Part shown: positions 53,074-64,000 of the stretch, in pieces | Layout: each line of letters opens with the position of its first letter | Numbering within the stretch: the first letter of the stretch is position 1 | NCBI RefSeq assembly: GCF_018977255.1 | Contig: NW_024704742.1 | Location: 121,150,001 to 121,214,000 of the forward strand | Direction of reading: 5' to 3' | DNA from: Callorhinchus milii | Lineage: Eukaryota | Length of the DNA: 64,000 nucleotides | The notes under the pieces: model-generated | Seen by the model: the letters and a program-made list of their open reading frames with translations, nothing else | What the model was told of the DNA's origin: nothing | Database searches by the model: none | Made by a program: the position numbers and the translations under genes

Positions 53074-53390
53074 GGAGTCCTGTAGCTCAGTGGTTAGAGC
53101 ACTCACCTTGCAAGGCGAGACACCTGGGTTCAATTCCCGGCAGGGCGAAACCTTGGGCAAGTTTCCTTACTCCACATGCCTAATAATAATCCCTCCAAAA
53201 CAAAACAATAATAAATTGGCCATTTTCAATCCACGACTGTTTGTGGGACACTGCTGTGCGCAATTGGCTGCCGCGTTTCGTCCACAAATATTACAGTCAA
53301 TTTGCTTTACAGCATATTCTGTGAAGTGCTTTGAGACGTCTAGAAGACGTGAAAAGCACTATATCAAATGCAAGGATTATTATTATTATT
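53074..53390 (+). mobile_element. Full-length tRNA-derived SINE
   Basis: Intact head, body and tail. Confidence 0.9.
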
Positions 53391-54726
53391 GTATTTTGAT
53401 TGTATCCCGGAAATTCAAGTACATCAAATAGTAACCAATTTTAAAGATGCGTAGGATTTCTAATTCGCAAATTAACTATTTTATGGACTTCAATAGAATA
53501 TTTTTTATAAATCGTCCTTCCTCGTCCCAGCTCTGGTGCACACCATTCCCTGACACGGCAGAGCACTCTGCTCTTAACATGGAAGGTAGGAGGTGCACAT
53601 GAGTGACCCTCACAAATGTTAAAATAATTCTGGCAGAAATTGTGTTCACATTCCTCCTGAGGTAGGATAATAATAACAATCCTTGCCTTTGATGCAACAT
53701 GTTTCATGTCAGCAGGATGTCTCAAAGCACTTCCTGGGATGTACTATAAAGTATAGTAACAGTGTATTTCGTAGACAAATGTAACACTCAATTTATGCAC
53801 AGCAATAATCCACAAACACCCTGAGAAATTCCCTTCCCTTTTCGAATAGTCCCGTGGGATCATAATTACCACCTGAACAGGCAGATGGGATCTTGATTTA
53901 ACATCTTATCTGAAGGAAGGCATGTTCAACAATGAGGCACACCCTCAGCATTTGAGTATCAGACAAGACAATGTGAGTTCAAAACCTGACATGGGGATAC
54001 TTGGTGTTGGGTTACTGTTTTCCAGAAGACTATAGTTTACATTCCACACAGTGCTTTAACTAGCCATTAAGTACTAATAAGCCTTCCATTTCATACAGTA
54101 CCTGACACGTCATGAGGACGTCTCAAAGCACTTTACAGGATATACTGTAAAGTGGAGTTGAGTTATAATCAATTTGTAATATTCCATCCAAGCAAGAAGT
54201 AAATAAAATCAATAGGTACACACTAGCACAAATTAGCTGGGCTGAAATGCCTGTTTATCTGCTATACAGTCTATGTAATTCTGTGGAAATAATTGATAAT
54301 ACCTCAACATTAGTATATTGGGGGCGGGGTGGGGGGGGGTCAGGGGAAATGTGCTATTTGGTGTGATCATTATAACCAGTGATAACTGTCACAACGCATA
54401 TGTTTTATCCCCTATGCATACAAATGAAATAGAAATGTAACAATCCAGTTTGTAATTTATTTAAGATGGTGAATAACTTTAACTAAATTAATTGCTGATA
54501 AATTCACTGATTATTATTTATTTAAGGGTAACTGAGATCTGATCATTTATTTAGTATTTGCAGATTGCTAATGTATTTGATTGCTTCTTTATATAAGATT
54601 TAGTTGTGCTGATCCAACGGTTATCAATAATAGAAGGTAGCTGATTCAAATCAAATTAAATTACAGGATATGTAGTAAGTGTGGCCTTGGTGGAGTCATC
54701 GATTAATCTATTCTCAAGGTTATCTA

Positions 54727-55280
54727 TCCACAAGCTGCAGGTCATTCAGAACTCTGCAGCTCGTGTACTTTCCCGCACCAGGCTTCGCAACCACATCACT
54801 CCCACCCTCGCTCGCCTCCACTGGCTCCCCATCCCCCAGAGGATCGAATTCAAGATCCTCATCCTCACCTACAAGGCCATTCACGGCCTCGCTCCCTCCT
54901 ACCTCTCCGACCTACTACCTCCTACTTACCTGCCCGTACCCTCCGTTCCTCTGGCTCCGGTCTGCTCCCCACCCTAACCGTCCTACCATCGGTGGCCGGG
55001 CCTTCAGCCTCTCAGCCCCTAGGCTCTGGAACTCTATCCCCCAGTGCCTTTGCCTTGATTCCTCCCTTTCCTCCTTCAAGGCCGGTCTCAAGACCTTTCT
55101 CTTCGACCGTGCCTTCAGCTCCCCTCTCGACTCTCTACACTCTCCTCGCTCCCTCCTTTCCCTCCCCGCACCCTGACCATTTCCCCCCTGCTCGGGTCCT
55201 GACCCAACTGTACAGCGCCTTGGGACATCCTCCCGACGTGAAAGGCGCTCTATAAATGGAATGTTGTTGTTGTTGTTGTT
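54727..55280 (+). mobile_element. Young 5'-truncated L2 LINE
   Basis: Nearly identical to the 25200-25747 and 46472-47059 copies. Confidence 0.92.
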
Positions 55281-55699
55281 GTATTGAGAGCTGCATTGAA
55301 CCAAGCAGTAGTTTAACTACTTGGGTGTGACCACAAATATGAAAGTAGTGTATACAGGAATGGAATTATGTCTAACCTCTGATAAGTGCTGTATTTGACA
55401 TTGTGGACAACTGAGGTTAAGGACTGTTAGGTGCTCACTGGGTACCAGAGTTAGGAGGGGGTGACAAGTAACCCTTGATGCATTCTTAGAGTTTGGATCC
55501 CTCGAACATCAAGGTGGCTGGCATGTTACAAGCTCGCCTATAAAGGGTCCTTCCATTACACTGAAGGCAAATTTCCACCGAATAGCTGATGAGGCAACTC
55601 TGAGGTTTGGGACTACAGGTGTTACCTGGAGTCTGTGATTGTGAATACACGTTCACATATCTAGCGCTTTATGACTGCCTTGACCAGTATGCAGGGAGG

Positions 55700-56170
55700 T
55701 AAGCAGTTGCTGCTGAAAATCCACAATTCCAACTGTTTGTAGGAGACTTTCCAGAACTACTCCTCAATGGGTAGGGGTGTGTGTCCCTGCTATAGGCAGG
55801 AGGATGGTGGTAATGCTCTCATGCATTTACTCCAGGCATTGTTAATAACAGACCTGCCAGCTGGCTCATTTACAGGACTTCAATAACTAAACTAGTTACT
55901 GATGGCTGGAGTTCTTCCCACTCAGTTTCTGTTGACCCTGGAAGTCAATGCCCTAATGGGTAGGGTGGTCCTAGCTGGATAAGAAGCAGGAAAGCTTGTC
56001 AGAACCATGAAATTTCAGACTGTGTGACTCAGCTGGTTAAACTCCAGCATTATTTCAACACACACTCTGGTCCCCAAACCTTGGCTTTTGCCAACCTGCA
56101 CTAAAATTCTTTGAGATTAGACAAATAAGGGTGTGTCGTTTTGGGGAAGAATGCACACTTCATACCAAAT
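55700..56170 (-). repeat. Family X repeat, diverged copy
   Basis: Reverse complement contains TTATCCAGCTAGGACCACCCTACCCATTAGGGC and GTTGGCAAAAGCCAAGG, shared with the other copies. Confidence 0.65.
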
Positions 56171-57766
56171 GGAAACCATGTATATGTGGAGCTCTCAGTT
56201 TGGAGACTCCGAAGCAGAGTAATGGGTTTCTGCACACGTCAGATACCTGACTGACAAAAAATGTTCATTGTGTATATTCTATTACTGTACATGAACTAAA
56301 TGAAGCCGTCACTGCTTCTTGGATTCCTGTTAAAATATTAAAGTAAAAACACCTCCAGAGTCCATTGTAGAATTTAAGTGCTCTGGTACACTAGTCCACA
56401 TGAAGGGTGCTATATAGATGCAAGTTGTTGTTGTAGTACAATCAGTAAAATTCTTTCTTAGGTAATTTTCCCAGATCTGCATCCTTGGAGCCATTGCAAG
56501 ACACAACCATCATTTCTAAGGAAGGGGGCAAAGATCCATATGTTGATATATTTGAGGAAAGAGAGCATACAACAGCCCTTGAAGATAAGAGGTCACGAGT
56601 CCACTCTAGTGAATGAGGTGTAAATCTGCAGAAGGACTTCAGACCTCTGGTAGGGTTCACCACCGGTCCATTATTGGATTGTGCATTACAAAGCCAGAGT
56701 CCATTAAAACAGGCATTGCAGCATGCCAGCCACAGTGGTCAGAATGTTGGCCTTCAGCAACCACCACGGACCAAAATAATATGGGAGTATGATAATACAA
56801 TCCATTGAAAATGTCAAACTAGAGTCTAGTTTTACCAACATATATCATACACAAATACTCCAATGTTATCACAAGTGGTAACTGCAGCCAAGTCAATTAT
56901 GACATTTAACTGGGAATTAGGGAAACAGTTGAAGATTCAGGATATAAATGGGTATAAGGAAAGAGCTAGGATATGGATCTACAGTTGGTGTCAGCCTACC
57001 TCACTAAGTAGCAATTTCAGTTCTGTGTCATAAGGTTGTAGATTCAAGTCCCACATTGGGATTTAGAAACATAGAATCAGGAGTAGGCCATTCAGTCCCT
57101 CGAGCCTGCTCCGCCATTTTATAAGATGATGGCTTATCTGTACCTCAAGTTTAATTACTCACCCTTACCCCGTATCCCTTAATACCCTGACCTACTAAAT
57201 TTCTCTGCCCATAGTCTAAGATGGCATTCCAATGCAGTCCTGAGGGTATGTTTCATTGTTGGAGGTACAATCCATTGGATAATATATTAAATTGGCTGTT
57301 CAAATGGATGATAAGGATCTCAGTAAATCCTGTGAAGTGCTTTGGGATGTCCTCCTGATGTGAAAGGAGCTACACCAAATGTACAGATTATTATTACTAT
57401 TATTATTATCTGTGTTAAAGAGTCTCAGAAAACATGGCCTCTGAAAAGGGTGATGGTACAAATGCACTGGGTGTAAAATGATTAACAAAGAGTGGCCAGA
57501 TAGTTGCTGAATAGAGGTGGCTTATTACGGAAAATCTTTCTAGAATGTTCCAGAGTGGTTGTTGTCACGGGGTGGTTGCTTGAAAAGGTTTTACTGTATT
57601 AAATTTAACCATTTTTTACTTTCCAACACTAAGAAACAAACATAATGTTTTATGTCCACATTATCATAGAATGTTTATGGCACAGAGGGAGGCCATTCGG
57701 GCATTGTATTTGTGTCGGTGCTAGCTCCTGCACTGGAGCTATCCATTATAATTCCCTTCACCCAGT

Positions 57767-58110
57767 GGAGTCCTGTAGTGTATTGGTTAGAGCACTCACC
57801 TCACAAATGAGAGGATCGGGGTCGAAATCTTAGGCAAGTTTCCTTACTCCATGCACCTGTTTACCTAGCATTAAATAGGAACCCACCAAGTTAGTCGATT
57901 AGCAGATCACTTTTGGGGGTAATAAGCCCTTTAAACAAAATGGATCACTCAATCCACGACTGTTTGTGGGACATTGCTGTGCACAATTGGCTGCCGCATA
58001 TTGCCCACAAAATGTACAGTCACTACACTTTACAGCATATTCTGTGAAGCGCTTTGAGACGTCTCAATGACATGATAAGACGCTATATTAAATGGAAGGA
58101 TTATTATTAT
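57767..58110 (+). mobile_element. Full-length tRNA-derived SINE nested in a CR1 tail remnant
   Basis: Family head, body and tail. Confidence 0.85.
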
Positions 58111-58489
58111 TCCCCTTCCTTTTCCATTCCTTTCAATATTATTTTGCCTTGAGTATTTCTGCAATTTCCTTTTGAATGTCATCATGGACTCAACTTCAAT
58201 AAACATTTGTAGCAATTCACTTCATATAAAACGATCTCCCATCTTTTCCTTCTGGTGATTTGTGTCTGAATCCCTGATCATGCGTTCACACTCATCTTTC
58301 ATTTAAATGTTCAAGAACAGTGGGAATTCATGAAAGAATTTCTTATCGTTCTATAATATGTCAAAACATCTCAGAAAATTTCACAAGCAAGCGCTATCAA
58401 TAAATGTCAAATGTAGTGGCTATTTTTGCAAACAAAAGATCACAAGAGAGGTTTGGATGAAGAAGAGCCTTTGATCTCATGCTTCCAAA

Positions 58490-60090
58490 ACAACAACAAC
58501 AACAAAATTACATTTCTAAATCACTTTTCATGTCGGAAGGACATGCCAAGGTGCTGAACAGTCAGGGATCAGGACCCGAGCGTGGGGGGCAGGGTTGGGA
58601 TTAGGGAGGGCAGAGGGGGTAGGATGGCGGCTGAGGCACGGTCAAAAAGGAGGGTCTTGAGTTGTGCCTTGAAGGAAGCAAGTGAGGGAGCAAGGCGAAG
58701 GGGTTGTGGGATGGAATTCCAAAGAGTGGGGGCAGGGAGGCTAAAAGCCCAGCCTCTGATGGTAAGACAGGTCGGGTGGGAGACCTGGAGCAGCTAAGCG
58801 GAGGGAATGGACAGGTTCATAGAGGGTCAGCAGGTCAGAGATATAGGAGGGGGCAAGGCCATGGAGGGCCTTGAAAGCGAGGAAGAGGATTTTTTGAATT
58901 CAATCCTCTGAGGGATGGGAAGCCAGGCGAGGGTGGGTGTGATGGGGTCATAGAGCCTGGTACGGGAGAAGGCATGAGCTGCAAAGTTCTGAGCCTTGAG
59001 GTGACGAATGCGTATATGAGGGTTTTGGCAGCCTGAGGGGTGAAGCAATGGCGGAATCGTGCAATGTTGCGGAGGCGGGGGAAGGCAGACCAAGTCCTGG
59101 CATGGATATGGGGGGAAAGGACAGTTGAGGGTCAAACAAGACACCCATGTTCTTAACTGGCTTGGTGAGGTGGTGTGAAACCATGGATGCTAATGCTACC
59201 ACTGCTTGAGGTGCTGAGGCACTGGCGCGAGCCAATCTGGAGGGCCTCGGGCTTGCTGACATTCAGCTGTAGAAAGTTGGCTCTCAACCAGGACTTGATG
59301 TCAGAGACATTCTGTCAGGACATCAGTTGTCCTGGAATCGAGGGTGGAGGCAGAGAGATAGAGTTGGATGTCATCTGCAAACATGTGGAAGTTGACCCCA
59401 TGTCTGCGGATGATGTCACCACAGGGAAGCATGTAGAGGTTGAAAAGGAGGGGACCAAGGACAGAGCCCTGAGGAACACCACACAATACTATGCGGGAGC
59501 TGTAAGAGAAACTGTTGGCAAGACAAATTGGAGCTGGTGTGAGAGATAAGACCTGAACTATTCAAGGACAGAACCTTGAAGTTAAGGCTAGAGGAGAGGT
59601 GGTGGTGGAGGCCGGAGTGGTCCACGGTATCGAAGGCAGCAGAGAGGTCGAGGAGGCAGAGGGAGTCTTGGTTACAGATGGACAAAATGTCATTTGTCAC
59701 CTTGACTAGAGCAGCATGGAAACCCGATTGAAGGAGCTCGTGAAGGGAGTGGTAGGAGAGGAATGAGTGAAGCTGGGAAGTATTGCCTCTTTCAAGGACC
59801 TTCGAAAGAAAAGGGAGGTTGGAGGAGGGCCCATAATTAGAAGGCAGGCATGGGTTCTGGAAAGATTTTTCAGGATGGAGGTGATCGTAGCTGTTTTTAG
59901 GGAGATGGGAACAGTGCCAGATGAAAGGGAGAGATTGATGGTGTCAGAGAGCAGATGGCCGAGGAAGTGGACCTGGGAGATAAGGAGAGGGGTGGGATCA
60001 AGGGAGCAGGTGATGTGTTTCAGGCTGCATATGGTGGTGATGAGAGAGGAGGGGGAGACAGGTTCGAAAATGTGGAGAGAGGCTGCAGAT
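58490..60090 (-). mobile_element. L2 LINE, about 1.6 kb, degenerate
   Basis: [26 protein letters not shown] and [13 protein letters not shown] peptides; (TTG)n tail. Confidence 0.9.
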
Positions 60091-60254
60091 TAGAGGAATT
60101 TCCAGACTTGCTAATGTGGTATAATTATTTTATTCCCTGTGATTTTTAAAAAAATTGTTTTGTTTCAAAATCGTATACTGTACTTTTTATTTGCAATCAC
60201 AGCTCCAAGACTATTTTTGGCTGTCAGCTCCATCTAGTGGTACAAATCCAAATG

Positions 60255-60750
60255 GGCAAAAACTTTTGGGGGGTTAGCCAGCTGTCTGTCACATGTGGAA
60301 ACCCATCACCATGCTTCAGAGTATCCAAACCAAGCTTAGATTATCATGCATTCCTCCTACACATGCAAATCCCAAAGATAGATTATTGGAATGGAATGCG
60401 CAATCTCTACCTAGAGGGATACATCCTGCTTACCCAATACCAAAAACTATTAGGCACAGATTGGCAAGAGCCAAGACTGAGGACCCCAAAGTGTGGATTG
60501 GGTTACTGCTGGAGTCTATCTCCATAGCTTGTCATTGATATTGCTGCCTGGCAAGTTTTCCCGCTGCTTATCCAGCTTGGACCACCCTACCCATCAGGGC
60601 TAACAGGTGCTGAGTGGGAAGATTCCCTGCCTCGAGTGATTGGTCTTCCCTTCCAGGTTCTGCTGATGCGCCAGGCTGGGTGTGCTGTCGTCTGCAGTGC
60701 CCTGGAACATTACAGACTCGCCTGGTTCAGGAACCAGAATATCGAGACCA
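60255..60750 (+). repeat. Family X repeat
   Basis: Colinear with 1215-1620 and 19070-19745. Confidence 0.75.
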
Positions 60751-61470
60751 CCATCAGCAATGATACACACTCAAGTACAGTTAAACACACTCCTTGCATG
60801 TTTTCTCAATTCCACCATGCACAAGCTCCACCTCCCACAAGATTCAACTCATACGGATTCAGCTCTGCCACTCATACCTTCACTTGCCTCAAATTCTGCA
60901 TCCCGATCAGCCTAGTCCTCATCAGGTCCCATTGGATCTTGGTCTCCCAAGAGATCGATTTCAAGGTCCTCACCTTGATCTATAAATCCCTTTATGTCTA
61001 AGCACTTTCCTAACTCTATGTTCATCACCTACCCCATTCTTTTGCTTTCCCCTTTGCTCAGCAAACTGTGGCCTACCATGATCATCCCTTACTTTTGCCT
61101 CACCATCAGTGGTTGAGCCTTCAGCAACTAAGCCTACAACCTCTGGAACTCCAACCCTCTACCTCGTTCCCTCTATCTGTCTTTAAATGCAATTTAAAAA
61201 TCTACCTCTTCAACTGCATCTATGGTCATCCTCATCCTCCCTTGCTCGCCATTCAACACTGGCTCTGTGAAGTACTTCAGGACATCATCTAATGAAGAGT
61301 GCTGTTATAAATGCAAGTTTAGCTACAAAATACAGTCATTACACCTTTATAAGTAAGGATTATTAAATTATTATATTATTACATTCTTGATTACAGAGAA
61401 TAACACTTGAAAATGCTGCAGTACATTATTCTTCCCACTAGGTAGCGATTTAACAGTAATTTAAAATAAG

Positions 61471-61713
61471 ACAAAACGCAAAATACTGCAGATGCTGGAA
61501 ATCTGAAACAAAAACAGAAGTGGCTGGGAACACTCAGCAGGTCAGACAGCATCTAATGAAAAATGGAAGTGAGTCAACGTTCCGGGTACACGACCCTTCG
61601 TCAGAACTCAAACCCAGTTCTGACGAAGAGTCGTGGACCCGAAACATTGACTCACTTTCCTTTTTCCATAAATGCTGCCTGACCTGCTGAGTGTTCCCAG
61701 CCACTTCTGTTTT
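61471..61713. mobile_element. Palindromic Penelope-like element with hammerhead cores on both strands
   Basis: Arms at 61511-61608 and 61616-61713 separated by a CAAACCC loop. Confidence 0.8.
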
Positions 61714-61845
61714 CGATACTAAACTACAACACTGGATGGTGCTATACAAACAACTATTTGGGCTTTGTCACTGATATTGTATTGGCATCTGCAAAAAAGA
61801 AAATAATTTTTTGAGTTGAGAGATATAAGTTTAGAGTTTATAGGT

Positions 61846-62160
61846 GGAGTCCTGTAGCTCAGTGGTTAGAGCACTCGCCTTGCAAGCGAGACACCTGGGT
61901 TCAATTCCTAGCAGGGCGAAACCTTGGGCAAGTTTCCTTACTCCACACGCCTAATAATAATTCCTGCAAAAAACAAAACAATAATAAATTGGCCATTTTC
62001 AATTCACGACTGTCTGTGGACCACTGCTGTGCGCAATTGGCTGCTGCGTTTCGCCCACAAATATACAGTCAATTCACTTTACAGCGTATTCTGTGAGGCG
62101 CTTTGAGACATCTAGAAGACGTGAAAAGCGCTATATCAAATGCAATGATTATTATTATTA
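61846..62160 (+). mobile_element. Full-length tRNA(Ala-like)-derived SINE
   Basis: Cloverleaf-like head with TGC anticodon loop, family body, stem-loop tail and (TTA)n. Confidence 0.9.
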
Positions 62161-62939
62161 CAAAATAATTTTATTCAGTTCTGAGGTGAACTTTTGAGAC
62201 ATTCTATTGAAAAATAAAGTAATGAAGGCACTCACAGTTTCAGCACAATTTGAAGAAACATAGTTTGAAATCATTTCAATCATAAATCTTACTCCTCACA
62301 TTTGTACATTACTGGCAGGGAAGATTTGATGAGCATGGGCACATACTCAATTGTTATTATTTGCCTCCCCTTTCATTAATTTTCAACACTATTCAAAAAG
62401 AGATAAGAGTTTATCCTTGTGTCCTGGCCAACAATCCTCTGAGTAAATTGATCATTTTCTTTGTGGACCCTGTTGTGCTACTATGTGCCTACAGAAAAAC
62501 TACACAACAATAATTGCTGTAAACCATTTTGAGATTTTTTGACATGACACCCCCTTGGTCCACACTCTCTCCTCTCCCACCGCCCTCATCTCCCATTACC
62601 TCGTCTCCCCACCGCCCCTTGGCTCCCACCCCCAGCTCAGGTGCAAACCCTGGACTATTCCAGCACCTTGAGGCATTCTCCCAACATGAAAGGCATACAT
62701 AAATGTAGATTTGTTGTTGCTGTGGATAAGGTGGGATAAATTCTATAAAATTATTTTTTATTTCGCTCTTCTGAAAACATTGCCCCTTTGTGTGGTACAG
62801 ATCAAAAGGGAACAGAAACCCTCCACAATCTCACCCAGTACTCATTCGTCATTAGTGACACTAGACAGAATCAACAAGCTGATTGATTTTTGCACCATTG
62901 AACTGAGGCCCATCCTGTCCTTTCCTAATATCTAAACTT

Positions 62940-63143
62940 TCCAGCAGTAGGGCAGGGGGTTAGCAGCTGACAGTGATCAGGAAGAAGAATGCTGGTTAAT
63001 TTTCTCTTCCCAAGCTAAGGGGTGCTGAGGCCAACTTTAGCACCTGCACTAAGGTCCTAGTTGAAATCAGATAATTCAGCACAGGTGCTGGGTCTATGTG
63101 AGTTAGTTTCACACCAGACACTGTTTGTTCTAACTGAGCCATT
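62940..63143 (-). mobile_element. AmnSINE2-like ancient SINE fragment
   Basis: Reverse complement has TGTGCTGAATTATCTGAT...TTGGCCTCAGCACCCC...GGGAAGAGAAAATTAACCAG...TCCTGATCACT, matching the recalled AmnSINE2 layout. Confidence 0.55.
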
Positions 63144-64000
63144 CTACATGATCTTAAATTTAGGAGAAACTTTAGCAGAAAATGGTTTTGTAGGCTGAGG
63201 TGAGATTCTCAAATCCCTGATGAATCCTTGAAATCTGCACCCCTTTATTAAATCTTGTGTTAAATCCACGTAATAGGATATGGTCTTCTTAAAATGGACT
63301 AAATTTGGATCGATAAATGCAATAACTTTCTGTGATACCGGTAGTAACATTTATCTAAATAGAGGCCAAATAGCAAGTCAGTGAATTGAAACTCACTCAG
63401 GATAAACCTAAAGTTAATTCAATGTTTTTTTTAATGAGTTTGAAAATTAGTTTTGCTCGTTGTTCTAGAATGAAACAGGGAATCATAGTGAGGGAGCCTT
63501 GGCGGAACTGCTGCAGCCGGTAAGTAAGGCAGACAGTTACCCACCTCCTACTTCTGCAAACAACACTCTTTAGCCAGTCTCGAGGAAATATGCATATACT
63601 GAGACCTCTCTCACCATTCTTCTCTCCATAACAGGAGGAAACACCTGTCTTCCTCTGCCGCACTCTGCAATATCAAAAACATACTGGACAGCACTTGATT
63701 CAACCCTAAACTTTTTGTTGTTTTTTGTGGTTCTTATTACTTTAGTGACCATATTCCAAGGAATCAAAATTGCAGAACACTGAAATTCCATTCTGATTCA
63801 ATTAAACAAACCACATTTGGATCACTCGGATTCCAGTCTCAAATTTCCATCCATCCACTGGAGTAATGATTTGTTTGGAAGCAACTGTTTGCTACAGTGG
63901 ATTTATTTGATGCAGTGATTGCAATTTGCCTGCAGCTAGCTTTGGAATGTAATATATTTTATTAACCAAATGATTCAAGTTCAGTGAAATACAATAGATT

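Overview
Vertebrate genomic DNA, most likely a cartilaginous fish. This is inferred from the repeat mix: young L2 and CR1 LINEs, tRNA-headed SINEs with L2-type tails, Deu-domain SINEs and Penelope-type fragments. There are two divergently oriented protein-coding genes. (1) The 5' part of KIF2A (kinesin-13) lies on the minus strand, with coding exons 1-5 between 18564 and 2460 and a CpG-island promoter; the motor-domain exons lie beyond the left edge. (2) A complete two-exon TGF-beta superfamily gene lies on the plus strand (40184-40478 + 44541-45364, 372 aa) with a signal peptide, an RQRR furin site and a 112-aa nine-cysteine mature domain most like GDF15. Its position beside KIF2A is not the mammalian GDF15 neighbourhood, so it is a candidate GDF15 ohnolog lost in mammals. 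The rest is repeat-dense. It includes Penelope-type fragments with minimal hammerhead ribozyme cores (one as a 98-bp-arm palindrome), a probable non-autonomous Helitron, a TATA-containing palindromic tandem array, and an unclassified multi-copy repeat. Repeat boundaries are approximate and family names were assigned by eye, without database searches.
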